DNA of 64,000 bases from Octopus bimaculoides (GCF_001194135.2 NC_068993.1:62452686-62516685), one strand, 5' to 3'; counted from the first letter of the stretch, positions 25,013 to 38,444 are shown. A program made the numbers and translations. Notes: a model not told the origin generated them from the letters alone.

Positions 25013-26194
25013 CCGTGCTGCATCAAAAAGATTATTGAAAAAGAACAATTTCCTACAAAGGGTTAAAAATGGCAGCCGAACATGTTAAGCAGCTGTTCTG
25101 TTACTTTCAAAAATTTCAGTTGCATATTGTAGTTCACATCCTTGTAACAGTTTGTATATTTCGTATACCACTCGAACGACATTTTGTCCAGTATGACTGT
25201 TTTCTAAACCAGGGTTGGCATTTTAAGAGTATTTGCGTCATATGTTCCCCTTGTGTGAATATTTCTCCATTTTATTATTTTTGTAGACTTTTCAGGTTTG
25301 ACAGAAATTTTATTTTGAATTTCTAAAGTGTCTACTTAATTATCGAGTGTTGAAAAGATTCTACAGTTGGGGACAGCTTCGAAATAATTCCTAACTACAT
25401 ATGTATACATAGGTTAATGTATATAAGTGTATTGTTGTGAGTATATGTTTGTGTATAAATGTGTATGCATTGTTTTCTTCGTAAACCATTAACATCCTGG
25501 TAGCAGGATCTATATGAAGGAGAGAGGCCAGATGCCAGTTATAGGTGAATCATGAAACCACTCCTGTACTTAAATTGCATCATCTTATCACGTTCGAACC
25601 CTACCTATTCTTACCTTTAACCCGCTTCCCCCTCCTTGATCGATGACATTCAAGTTGTTACAATAGTTCTCTGTCAATAGGAACATTTTCGTATCTTCTC
25701 CGTGAAAATAGAGAGCTGAAATAAACGAAAGGCAAAATCGATATTAATCTACTTCAAATAATATTATATGCATTTGTTCGATTACCGATTTTGTGTACTT
25801 TTAAGATTCATGGTCTCCTGGAGCTATCTAATATGTCACAGTTTGCATCGACAACGTTGGCATAAAAACAAAGTTATAGAAAATTTAATGACATAAAAAG
25901 CAACCGTCGAAATATCGAGGTGATGTGAATCTCAGCCTTTCATCTTATGGTATTTAGCCACATAGATAATCGTTAAGCCTCGACAGAATATGTAGCTGTG
26001 AGTGAGGCGAGCGCGCGCGTGAGTGGAAAAGATGAAAGAAACCACGTAATTATAGCCAGAGAATATGCACGCACATACATTGGTGTACACTCCTATATTT
26101 GCACACATAGTGACAGAAAGCATGAGCAATACATAATGAAGCAGCATAACATTGTAGCCTTTCTAATCTCTCCCGCCTTCTCTGTGCATGTATG

Positions 26195-26241
<47 letters not shown>

Positions 26242-26288
26242 TACATATATATATATATATGCATATATACATACATATATGTACATAC

Positions 26289-26325
<37 letters not shown>

Positions 26326-27297
26326 NNNNNNNNNNNNNNNNNNNNNNNNNNNNNNNNNNNNNNNNNNNNNNNNNNNNNNNNNNNNNNNNNNNNNNNNNNN
26401 NNNNNNNNNNNNNNNNNNNNNNNNNNNNNNNNNNNNNNNNNNNNNNNNNNNNNNNNNNNNNNNNNNNNNNNNNNNTATATATATATGTATATATATATAT
26501 GCATGCATATATGGGTATAGGACGTCACAAAATGTAAACAACATGAAATACGAAGGCAACTTTGGTATCCGAACAGCGAGTGAAAAAAATGGAAAACATG
26601 ACAAGAGACATAAATAACGATCCTTCATCTGTTGTTGGCCGTCCATCTACTCCTCATTTCGAGCAATTAAGGATTATACGAGGCTTCGAAATGGCAGTTG
26701 CTCCCGCGAACGAAAATAAAATTTGGGATTTGCGGAGGGTCAACGTTGGGAACAAAAACAGGACAGTGGAGACTTGCAACAAACCGAACGAAAACAAACA
26801 TGGAGGGCCGTTAGGCCAGACGAGATAAGGTAGCGAACGCTGGAGGAATGGAATATTGTCTTTGACAAGAGAAAAGATAGAAGATGAAACATAACAACGC
26901 GTCTGCTCTGTATGACAGACTGAAAGAATAGAAAGATGATCACGTAAGGAAAAGAAATATGGACAATGGTCACGTGTGAGCAACGAGAGTAAAGGAGAAA
27001 GGGGGAGGGAGAGAGAGAGAGAAAACGTGATATGATTGAACGCCACGCATCCATTCCTAACTATAGATGCATGTATGTATGTATGTATGTATGTATGTAT
27101 GTATGTATGTATGTATCTATCTATCTATCTATCTATCTGTCTGTCTCTATGTATATTTAATCGACCAGACTATGAACTGTCATTGGTCACAATGCACTTT
27201 TTGGATCGTTTTAGCTTTCGAATGATGCCACTCTGCTGGTTAGGCGAGCAGACCAACATGCCCCCAACATGATCAGAAGGCTATTCCGTGGAAGGGT

Positions 27298-27400
27298 CAC
27301 CCATTAACTGGACTGGAGCAACGTGAAATGAAGTGTATTGCTCAAGAACACAATATGCCACTCGGTCCAGGAATCGAATTCTCGGTCTAGCGGTCATAAT
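27298..27400 (-). mobile_element. Partial SINE family C
   Basis: ctggagcaacgtgaaatgaagtgtattgctcaagaacaca...ggtccaggaatcgaa matches 8570-8640. Confidence 0.8.
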
Positions 27401-27922
27401 CTAGATATCTCACCTATGTATATCATGGTATACATAGGTGAGACATCTAAAAGCATTGTGGAGAGACTAAATGGACATTTGAGACAATAAGACGACAAAA
27501 AAAAAACAATCCTCCATACTCTACCAACATGAGCCAGTACTGAAAGTTACGATGTTTCGTATACGTATACGTCTATGTAAACAATGCGATCGGAGATGGC
27601 AAAACTAGGCAATAAATTTCTATGCATATTTCAGGAGTTCTTGCTCCTTCGTCAGTGCCACATCCATCATTAATTATCAAGGATCTCATTACTAAAATAG
27701 TTACCAAATATAGCAGTGTAACATAATTGTATATACCATTTGTTGCATATGAAAACATTCCTGGAAACTGATACGGACGTATTTATTGCTGGCGCTAGTT
27801 TCAATAAAAAATCTAGAGATAGTTTTAAAAAGGTATATTTATATACGTATGGGCATTCTCTCATTTGTTATTCTTTCATTTGTGTCAGTCATCTGTCTGC
27901 GGCCATGCTGGAGCATAGCCGT

Positions 27923-28009
<87 letters not shown>

Positions 28010-28443
28010 TATATACGTACATATATGTGCATATGTACGTATGTATATGTATAAATATATGTGTGTGTGTGTGTGTAGGTATGAATGTGTGTTTATATGT
28101 ATATTTATGAAATATTTGTGCTTATATGCATATCGTTTTGTTATTGACGTACACATAATATACTAGTGTATGCTATTTTCTATTACATACAATATTTCGG
28201 ACATAGTTACAAACAATGTAGACGGCGTGAGCAACGTCCACATCAAAAATACCAGCGAATTATTCCCATTTACATAAATCAAATTAAATGTAATTATAAA
28301 ATATAGCAAATGAAAATCAAAGGAATAAAACCCGGTTTTAATAAAGTTGTTTCTCAGTTAATTTGCAATATTAGTATTTAGATACGGTCGATGTGTTAAA
28401 ATGAAGCATTCAAATAAAGCGTCTGAAATACAGAATCTGTCCA

Positions 28444-28476
<33 letters not shown>

Positions 28477-28940
28477 CTCTATCTATCTATCTCTCTATCT
28501 ATCTATCTCTCTATCTATCTATCTCTCTATCTATCTATCTCTCTATCTATCTATCTCTCTCTCTATATATATATATGGGGTGGGAATATCATTCAATGAA
28601 TGCAAATACTCATATGTGAGTGTCAGGCTTATATTCATTGAATAATAGGCACAATAGTGGCGGTTTGAGTAATATTGATCGAATTTGACGATTTACGTAA
28701 TGTTCAAGCTCAGATAACATGACCACTTCGTGAAGAAATAGGAGAACAAAAAAAAGCACACGGCAGCCAAACGATGGAAGACGTTAAAAAACATTTTAAG
28801 GCAAAGTTTGATAGTAATTCCTTTATAGAATATAGTTTATTACCTGTCTCTCGGAGCTTTGGGTCTAGGTTAGAAACCGGCTCTTTCTCTATTGGCAAGA
28901 AATCTTGAAATAAAACTGAGCAGCGACATACATATGCACG

Positions 28941-28977
<37 letters not shown>

Positions 28978-29271
28978 AGCCAGACTTACACACACACGCA
29001 GATACACACACATACCCCTCCACATATACATATTTGTAAAAAAACAATGGCAAATTCTTGCCAAAAGTTAAAGCAAACTCGAAATTACTTCTCTTGAGTA
29101 GCACATACGAAGTAATAGATTGATTCCAGAACATTCCAAATACAATTAAACGCTATTTCTTCTGATTATTGCACGTCAACAACAAAACCTATTCTTCTGG
29201 CGGTTTTGGGTCTTGCAAAGACACCGAACAAAATAGTGACAGCGAAACAGAAGCAATATTACAAGCAAGGA

Positions 29272-29480
29272 AGGTGGCAAGTCGGCAGAATCATTAGCAT
29301 ACCGGATGAAATGCTTTGTGGCATTTCGTCCGTCTTTACATTGTAAGTTCAAATATCGCTAGGATGGACTTTATCTTTTTAGCGTGGATAAAACATGTAC
29401 CAGTTGAGTACTGGGGTCGATGTAATCAACTTCCCCCACCCTCAAAATTGCTGGCCTTGTGGCAAAATTTGAAATCAATA
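29272..29480 (+). mobile_element. SINE family A (diverged, full length)
   Basis: ggcagaatcattagca...aagttcaaat...gtaccagttgagtactggggtcgatgtaatc...ggccttgtggcaaaatttgaaa. Confidence 0.8.
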
Positions 29481-29517
29481 TAACAAGCAAGGAAATTCCT
29501 CCTCTTCCACAACAATG

Positions 29518-29645
29518 TTTTCTCCCTGAGAACTATGTTAAGGGTACGCGTGTCTGTGGAATGCTCAACTACTTGCACGTCCATTTCAGGGGCAGGCTGT
29601 TCCGTTGATCTCGTCAACTAAAACAATCGTTGTCAAAACCGACGG
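29518..29645 (+). mobile_element. SINE family C 3' tail
   Basis: gttaagggtacgcgtgtctgtgga...gcaggctgttccgttgatc shared with the 4.3-kb and 46.9-kb copies. Confidence 0.8.
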
Positions 29646-29711
29646 AAAGACAGACCATAAACATACATCTGTATACATACACATGTACATGTATGTTTTG
29701 GGGCATGTGTG

Positions 29712-29768
<57 letters not shown>

Positions 29769-30252
29769 GATATATATATATATATATATANNNNNNNNNN
29801 NNNNNNNNNNNNNNNNNNNNNNNNNNNNNNNNNNNNNNNNNNNNNNNNNNNNNNNNNNNNNNNNNNNNNNNNNNNNNNNNNNNNNNNNNNNNNNNNNNNN
29901 NNNNNNNNNNNNNNNNNNNNNNNNNNNNNNNNNNNNNNNNNNNNNNNNNNNNNNNNNNNNNNNNNNNNNNNNNNNNNNNNNNNNNNNNNNNNNNNNNNNN
30001 NNNNNNNNNNNNNNNNNNNNNNNNNNNNNNNNNNNNNNNNNNNNNNNNNNNNNNNNNNNNNNNNNNNNNNNNNNNNNNNNNNNNNNNNNNNNNNNNNNNN
30101 NNNNNNNNNNNNNNNNNNNNNNNNNNNNNNNNNNNNNNNNNNNNNNNNNNNNNNNNNNNNNNNNNNNNNNNNNNNNNNNNNNNNNNNNNNNNNNNNNNNN
30201 NNNNNNNNNNNNNNNNNNNNNNNNNNNNNNNNNNNNNNNNNNNNNNNNNNNN

Positions 30253-30312
<60 letters not shown>

Positions 30313-30716
30313 CATATCAACATTCTCATTAAAACCATTTTGTACTCTGCGTATTCTTTTGAAATTCTGCTCATTCATATTGCTTTTGACGTAAACATCA
30401 TGCTTTTGTATCCCAGATATCAGTTAAGTGATTTTTCATATTTGGGTGAACCGCAGAATAATAACATCGAATATACTCAGTGCTACCATAAATACTTGCA
30501 TTCCACTTAGATTACATTGTCTTATTGTCTGTAAACTCAAACACCAATGTACATTTGCGTAAACACAGACACACGCACACATGTACGAACGTATATACGC
30601 ATGCGCACCTGGTTGTACGTAGAATTGGCCTCATAGCTGATATGTGATATTCAATTAGGGTGTGTGCTACAAAAATTATATAAGCGGGCAATCTTTGAAA
30701 AAAAAAATATAACCTC

Positions 30717-30840
30717 GTAGGCATTGCTGTGTGGTTAAGAGGCTCGCTCTGCAACCACGCAGTCTCGGGTTCATCCCCACCGCACAGTACCTTGGGCAAG
30801 TGTCATCTACTATAGCCCAGGATAAACCGATGCTTTGTAT
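30717..30840 (+). mobile_element. SINE family B head with CORE-like domain
   Basis: gctgtgtggttaagag...cgggttcatccc...accttgggcaagtgtcatctactatagccc. Confidence 0.8.
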
Positions 30841-31594
30841 GTCTATGATCACTAATGAGTGAGTATGTGTGTGTGTGTGGGGGGGGGTTATAATATACTT
30901 ATGTATGTATGCATGCATAAATTCTCTTCTATCAAAGATGCAAAGCGCCATCGCTGGCAAGTAAATAACAAAAACAAATTCTCATTTTGGACTTCAGAAA
31001 AGTCTTGCACATTTATGTGGTTCCTCTTACTGATTGCGTTTGTAATGCGCGTAATAACTGACTGATATTTTATACCTGTATGTATGTTTTTTCATGTATG
31101 TATATATGTGTATATATGTGTATGTGTTTTTGTATGTATGTGTGTTTGTATGTATGTATGTATATAAGGTGGGTGGTCGACGCTAGACACCCTGCAGGAT
31201 GAAAAACAAAAATGTCAAAGGACAGATGAGCTCAAAAATGTCAATCGCCACCCGACAGCTTCAGAGTGAGAAACCTTTCGTCCTTGTTTAGACATCTCAG
31301 TAGAAGAAAGAAATTCAGAAAATAACACTTGCTTTATAATGAAGTCAGAGATACATCTCTTGCTTGTTTCAAGACTACTTAGCTACTTGGCTTCGTAGGA
31401 GAGAGTCTTAGCAGTGTTGTGCAAGCTTTTGTTGACTGTAAATTTCACAGGCATTTCTGACAGCCATTGTCTTTAACAGTTAGATTAAATTATTTCTCAG
31501 TGATGGTCATACGCGTCTAAGTGCAGACAGCTACCTTGTATGTATGTATGCACGAATGTATGTATGTGTGTGTTTTGTATGTGTTTGTGTGTGT

Positions 31595-31640
<46 letters not shown>

Positions 31641-32110
31641 ACACATGTTCATATGTATGTGAGTATCAGTGAGAAAGATGTAGAAAGAAAACAGGATAGG
31701 TAGGGCGAGACGAAGATGGAGTACGTGTGGAAGAGAAGAGTACAGACTTACATAAATGTTATCCATCTTTACCAATTAACCAATGTAGCTTCCATATGCT
31801 AACCTTAATAACGTTTTATTGACGATAAGCCATTAATGGTATCAATTCTTTTTCATTAATCGAATCTAAAATTAGATAATTCTCAACTCGCATCATTTCC
31901 CTTATCGATCTTCGCAAATTTATTCTGGTTTTATTGTTGCCGTTCTATACACTATTACAAGTTTCTCTGCAATTATTATAAGTTTGGGGTTTAAATCAGT
32001 GTTTAAATCAGTAAATAATACTAGTGTTTTTTTCTAATATAGCAGTTTCCTTTTTGTGTGTGTAACACCAGAGCAACTTTGAACAAACTTATGATCGGAA
32101 TCAATCCAGC

Positions 32111-32385
32111 AAGCGCAGGTGTGACTGTGTGGCCAAAAGTTCGCTCCATGGTTCCGTTTTCTGTCGAACTGTGTGGTATCTTAGGCAAGTATCTTCTACT
32201 ATAGTAAATTATAGGAGAGAAATTACATTCACACATGGGTGCATGTCGGTGTCTGTCCCCCATCAACGCTTGACAACTGATGTTGGTGTATTTACGTCCT
32301 CGTAACATAGCGGTTCGACAAAATGAACTGATAGAATAAGTACTAGGATATAAAATAATAAGTTCGACTGAAATTCTTTAAAAAG
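32111..32385 (+). mobile_element. SINE family B (diverged)
   Basis: gcgcaggtgtgactgtgtgg...ttaggcaagtatcttctactata...cgcttgacaactgatgttggtg...gatagaataagtactagg; aligns with 53894-54258. Confidence 0.8.
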
Positions 32386-32622
32386 TTGGCATACAATCGC
32401 CTTAAGTGCTGATTCTTTTTTTCTTTAAATCTCGTCCAACATTATGGCATAGACAGAACTACAGTATCGAGTATCGAACTCAATGTTGTCGACTCACTAA
32501 TAATGTGATGCATCAGACAGATATTTTTGTAGGCTTGCGAAGCAATCTGTACTCTTACTTCAAGTCATCATCATGATGATGGTGATGATGATGATGATGA
32601 TCATCATCATCATCATCACCAC

Positions 32623-32658
<36 letters not shown>

Positions 32659-34198
32659 TGGTAAAGTGTAAATAGCTACACTTGCTATGAAGAGTGAAGA
32701 ATCTAATCTCGTTTCTGTAGCTTATTTTCTCACATTCCCATGAACAGGTAGTTTTTCCGTTATCAGAAAGAAATCTATTGTCTCTTGTCTTTGTGATAGT
32801 TGTTGATATGTAATCTTAGAACTACATGAAGGGACACCAAGGACCTTTCTAAGAGGTCGTTCAAACAGCTAGATGGAGCTGATAAATATCCCTCAACTTG
32901 TTTCCTATTGTTTTACTACCTTAAACGATACTCACTGATCTAGCTTGAAATATATCCATGCTCGGATATAAGAGGTTAGCAATGAATATAGGATGGTCTC
33001 GGCTTTCGTATTTTGTTTTCTAATTAGTTGCAAGTGTCTGAATATTACGGAGGAATGGAAAATCTTTGGCTTCTTTTTTTAGGATAGCCTTTTCTCCAAA
33101 TGCGATTTGCGGTGTATGAGAAAGTAAACTGCCTTAACTATGGCTGTCTAGAGTGTTCTTAGTCGAAAACATTTGAAACAAAGTTAATCAAAGGTATAAT
33201 GGACGTTAAAGCAATGACTAAAAACGATTACGCTTCATGCATTCTGTTGGAAACTAGTTGTTCTTTAGTTTTTGAGACCAAATATAAACACAGCATTACC
33301 AAATATAAACACAGCATTTGTACGCACTTTAGTTATAAGGAAGATGATTTTCATCATGAAAAATCAACTTAACTTGTGGTAAAACAGAACTACCTCCATG
33401 CACTATAATGAACACATAATATTATATATAATATATATATAAATGAAATATAATATATAATATATAAGCGTTATACAATATAATATACAATATATAAGTA
33501 TGATATAATATTGAGTATATATAATAAATGTATAATATAATACAAAATATTATATAATATGATATGAAATGAATATACAACATAATACATAATAATGATA
33601 TATGACAAGATATATAGTAAATATATTTATTCACAGCGAATGTAATGGGAATTTTATTTTCCCGAAGCATTTAATCTGTTCAAATTCCAAAAGCGTTAAA
33701 ATACATATTCTTCAAATTTTCAAGCGAAAATTTAACTCACTGAGATTAATTATGTTTGCAGACAAAACATAAAATATGCATATTTGATTCATATATATAT
33801 ATAATGCAATTAAAGTCCTCTAACACGATAAAGCATTTCGCTCAATCATTTTAATTGCATTGATGCTTTTTATTTTTTTATTTTATTGAAATAAGGGGAA
33901 TATAGTATACAGTGAGTTCGCAGAAGAAATTCTCCTCTCATACTACTGAGATATTGAACCAGATATTGCTCAAATGCAAACTAGACCAGTGTTCCAGATC
34001 CTCAACAATCTCTACTGCTGTTTTGAACGATTCATAAACGTTGATTTCTCCTTGGTAGCCAAGATGAAAGGAAACACTGGCATAGGATATAAATTTGCGA
34101 CAAATTGGCTGGTGTTCAAACATCTTACACGTTTCATTTTTGCCTTTTCGAAATTGATAAACATGAATAAAAATTTAAATATACAAAACACACTTTAG

Positions 34199-34564
34199 AA
34201 AATTACCATTTTAAAATCTCACAACGCGAAATATTCAGTAACAGTAATTTGTAGTAAAGATTGTTTGCCAACATAACATGGCAGTCCTGGTTTAAGATGA
34301 ATGTTGCTGTAATTTAGCCCCAGGAGACATCGTCTCCAGCTGGCTGTAGTACGACACGATCTGTATCCCTATATTTTCGAACAAGGGAATCTAGCACCCC
34401 CACTCAGCTCAAAACAATTATGTTCTGATGAAGAGAAATAACCCAGAAATCACGATACAGAGAGATTGTTTTGAGATGAGGGGTCGGGCTGCCAGATTCC
34501 CTCGCAGCAACATCAGCCCTAAACTAGGACTGCCATGTTATGTTGGCAAACAATCTTTACTACA
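34199..34564 (+). mobile_element. Nested fold-back element enclosing a degenerate hammerhead core (probable non-autonomous PLE derivative)
   Basis: Perfect 39-bp outer inverted repeat 34250-34288 / 34526-34564; inner imperfect inverted repeat 34384-34418 / 34465-34502; between the inner arms CTGATGA (34425) ... GAAA (34446) TCACGA TA. Confidence 0.75.
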
Positions 34565-36183
34565 GAAAACCCTTTGAGTTTACTCAGTGAAACACTGCGG
34601 TCGATATAATCAACTAGTCCCCTACCCACAGATTTCAGACCTTGTGCCACCAGTAGAAACGATTATTATTATTATTGTTGTTGTCGTTGTTGTAGTTGTT
34701 GTAGTAATAGTATATGATGGTGAGGTGCTTGTATCTACAGTTGCATAATCGTGGAAAACAGACAGCTCTTCGTACTTCTAAATGCATGTATTCATGCACA
34801 CACAGAGGTGGCGTCATGCCAAGCTAAAACGATCCAAAAAGTGCACTGTGAACAGCGATATATAACAATATCTGATAGTTTGGTTGATACTATATATATA
34901 TAAAGGTAGAGAGAGAGGAGGGAGAGGCAAATGTACNNNNNNNNNNATGTACTTTAAGATGATATATGAGCTATACCCTCCCCCCCCCTTGCTTCTGTTT
35001 TCTTCATAAGCACATTATTGCCGTAGACCTAATTAACTCTGGAGTATTTACTAAGCATTTGCAGTAAAAAAAAAGATACATCGTTTAATAAGTTCAGACC
35101 TCTGCTTGAAAGTTTATATCTGTCTATCCATCCATCTATCAATCTAGATTTATCCTCCTCCTATCTATGTATCTATGTATATATGTATCTATGTATCTAT
35201 GTATGTATGTATGTATGTATGTATGTATGTATCTATCTATCTATCTATCTATCTATCTGTTATCTGCCTGTCTGTCTGTCTGGCTGTCTGTCTGTCTGTC
35301 TGGCTGTCTGGCTGTCTGTCTGTCTGCCTGCATCTCCCTTTGTCTTCATATCTGTATCAATCTACTTGTCTGTTTACTTATCTGTATAACTGTATCTATC
35401 TTTACATATATTTTTTTATCTATTATACNNNNNNNNNNNNNNNNNNNNNNNNNNNNNNNNNNNNNNNNNNNNNNNNNNNNNNNNNNNNNNNNNNNNNNNN
35501 NNNNNNNNNNNNNNNNNNNNNNNNNNNNNNNNNNNNNNNNNNNNNNNNNNNNNNNNNNNNNNNNNNNNNNNNNNNNNNNNNNNNNNNNNNNNNNNNNNNN
35601 NNNNNNNNNNNNNNNNNNNNNNNNNNNNNNNNNNNNNNNNNNNNNNNNNNNNNNNNNNNNNNNNNNNNNNNNNNNNNNNNNNNNNNNNNNNNNNNNNNNN
35701 NNNNNNNNNNNNNNNNNNNNNNATATGGGCGCGCGTGAGTGACTATCTATATATGTATGCTCATCGGTCTGTGTATGGCGAAAGAGAGAACATGCAATAA
35801 GAGCGTCTGCATTATAGAACAACGGGCTGACAGCATTCAGCCGACTATTGTTTACTAGAATTTTATTGTACATTGAGATCCGGAGCCTGTTTCCAGCTTT
35901 CTTGACCATCAAACCAGTTTTCTTTATCCTGCCTGCACAAAAGTCTGAGTGTCCGTTTTCGCATCAATCTATGTGCAAATATGAGTGGGTGGCTGGGTGT
36001 GTATGTTAACTATTATTTTCTTCATTTTCTGTTTTTCTTTAGGTTTTTAGCTCGCTATTATCTTCGCTATATCTTCGCTTTTCTTCTGAGTAAAGTGTCT
36101 CAATTAAAGCAGTATAAAGGAGTATCGTTCACAGCGGTCCAGCCAATCAATCTCCTATGTAAACAATATTCTAGTCTCGTAAA

Positions 36184-36394
36184 GGCGGCGAGCTGGCAGA
36201 AACGTCAGCACGCCGGGCGAAATGCTTAGCGGTGTTTCGTCTGTCTTTACGTTCTGAGTTCAAATTCCGCCGATGTCGACTTTGCCTTTCATCCTTCGGG
36301 GTCGATAAATTAAGTACCAGTAGCGTACTAGGGTCGATCTAATCGACTGGCCACCTCCCTAAAAGCTTCGGGTTTTGTGCGTAGAGTAGAAAAG
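36184..36394 (+). mobile_element. tRNA-derived SINE family A, best-preserved copy
   Basis: ggcggcgagctggcagaaacg...B box GAGTTCAAATTCC...gtcgactttgcctttcatccttcggggtcgataaattaagtaccag; the central block resembles a domain shared among metazoan SINEs (superfamily not verified). Confidence 0.88.
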
Positions 36395-37560
36395 TATATT
36401 TTAGTGCTACCGGGGGATATATATATATATCCTTAGATAGATAGATATCGCTATATATACCAACGTGAGAACGATATCTAATATAGTGTATCTGCAGTGA
36501 CATGATCCTGTGCGTAGGAATTAGTGTACCAATGTAGGCCCTCTAAGAGTCCGTTTAATATGCTAGATGAAGCGGCGGCTGGGTTACCTCAAATCATAGT
36601 CAAACGCCTTGAAATATTTCACATTGTAAACTGCAGCTCTGAATGTATGATAGATTTGAGAATAAGCATATCTTTCGTAACAGTTTCAAAATTTAAGAAA
36701 AAAAAAACTTGCTTAGGATTTCTCTTTTAAACGTTGGACTGCATTTCAGCCGGAAATGTTATTCAAAATTATTTTAAAATTTCAAAATTTCTTTTTCTGT
36801 TTTCTTCTCGCCTTTTCATTGAAGGCTTCGTTGCAATCAGTCGTAACTTTTTCATTTCTGACTAGTTTTCCGGAAATTCTTTCTGCTTTTATGTTTTGGC
36901 AAAACTGCTACGAAGTGCCCCGCCTCGGCTTTGTTTCCGGATAACTCTCTTTATAATGCACGCTTTTTTTTTATTGAAACACGCATCTTTCAAATAATCG
37001 CTCAGATGGGTATTATGGCCTGTTTATTGTCTGAATCATGTATTTCTTCGTATCTCTAAAAGTTTATGAATCCACAAAAATATTCTAAATAAAGGATACC
37101 TTACAACCTACTCCGTTTCATTTATGTGACATTAAGTTTTATAATTTTGCATCGATCAGTTAAAGACTATAAATTTCTCCTTTGTTTTGTTCCCATTCTT
37201 TTTTTAAAAAAAGATCTCTGCATAATACGATAGAATAATTTACTTATGCAAGGCATGAGGAAACCAAGTGGTTGAACAGACAAATATGACATCCTAGTTA
37301 TTTTAAAGATTACGATTAGACATGTATCCACATATTCTGTACATAAATACACAGCATGTACAGATATGCATTCACACATGCGTGTGAATCATACAACCTG
37401 CCGAGAAATATAATCAAATAGAGAAAACTAATTTCAGTGAATTAAGATTTAGACCTCGAAAAATAACAATTTTTCATGAAATAATGTTAAAGCATACTCA
37501 GTCGTAATAGAATACAGGATATGTAAATTACTAACTGCTCAGTTTAAGTAGAGAAAGAAA

Positions 37561-37610
<50 letters not shown>

Positions 37611-37648
37611 TGTGTGTGTGTGTAAAGAGAGGAAATAGAGAGCTTCTG

Positions 37649-38051
37649 ACAATGCAGCAAGTTTAACAAAACCTTAATATAATTCGGGCTCAAAGTCCCA
37701 TCCCTGCTTGGTGCTGTTGCCACATCTGGTGAGGTGTCTGCAAAACGAGGACGCGTTGGTGGTGAGATGCTCCTTAATTCGGACGTGCAGTGGTCGTGTT
37801 GTGCTATCGATGTAGCGGTTGCCATATTTGGAGCATCGTATATAGCAAACCACGAACGTACGTAAGCACATACTAGAATCATGGATAAGACAGTTCGTTA
37901 GGATGCAGGGCTGTTGTACTGCATGTGACCATTTTGTTGATAGGATTAACAAATCCTACATAACTGGACTTTTTATAGACTGTTCTTTTCTTCTGAAGAT
38001 GGGATTTTGATCCCGAAATATATCAAGGTTTTATTAAACTTTACGCATTGT
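37649..38051 (-). mobile_element. Miniature Penelope-like element: GIY-YIG fragment between inverted HHR-containing repeats
   Basis: ORF 37674-37952 has CLRTFVVCYIRCSKYGNRYIDSTTRPLHVRIKEHL (GIY-YIG pattern); about 55-bp imperfect inverted repeats at 37649-37702 and 37998-38051. Confidence 0.85.
37989..38028 (+). ncRNA. Minimal type-I hammerhead ribozyme, intact core
   Basis: TCTT CTGAAGA T GGGAT-TTTG-ATCCC GAAA TATA TC AAGG; predicted cleavage after C38024; ATATAT palindromic stem III. Confidence 0.75.
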
Positions 38052-38444
38052 GTCTGTTTCTTCTCTTTTCACATTCTTCGAGAGGAGGGACCGAGCAGAG
38101 AGTCTTAGGTGTGTCCTGATCTGCCTGTGCTATGATCAAATCAGTTTCCGTTGAGACGCTTAGACATTTGAATTTAGCTGTGATTTCTAGCAAGTCACGC
38201 TGCGGTGTGGAAACACCCGCTTCAGCTCATCAACGCCGCTGTAGTCTTCGTATTCGTTACTGCCTTACATTTTCCCCTTTTTTTACCGTCTTTTTCAAAC
38301 CACAGACTATTAATTCGGAGTAGCCTCAACTCATGCATTTTAGTTCAATTTACTTAGCATATAATTGTCAACTACTCTCATACAAACTAACACACAAACA
38401 CACACACACACACACACATACNNNNNNNNNNNNNNNNNNNNNNN

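Noticed and set aside
31218-31285. AAGGAC AGATGA GCTC...GAGT GAGAAACCTTTC GTCCTT
   Set aside because: Stem I-like complementarity exists but both halves of the core are defective; too degenerate to call.
33277-33318. 21-bp tandem duplication
   Set aside because: Two adjacent copies with no spacer; ordinary local duplication, not CRISPR-like.
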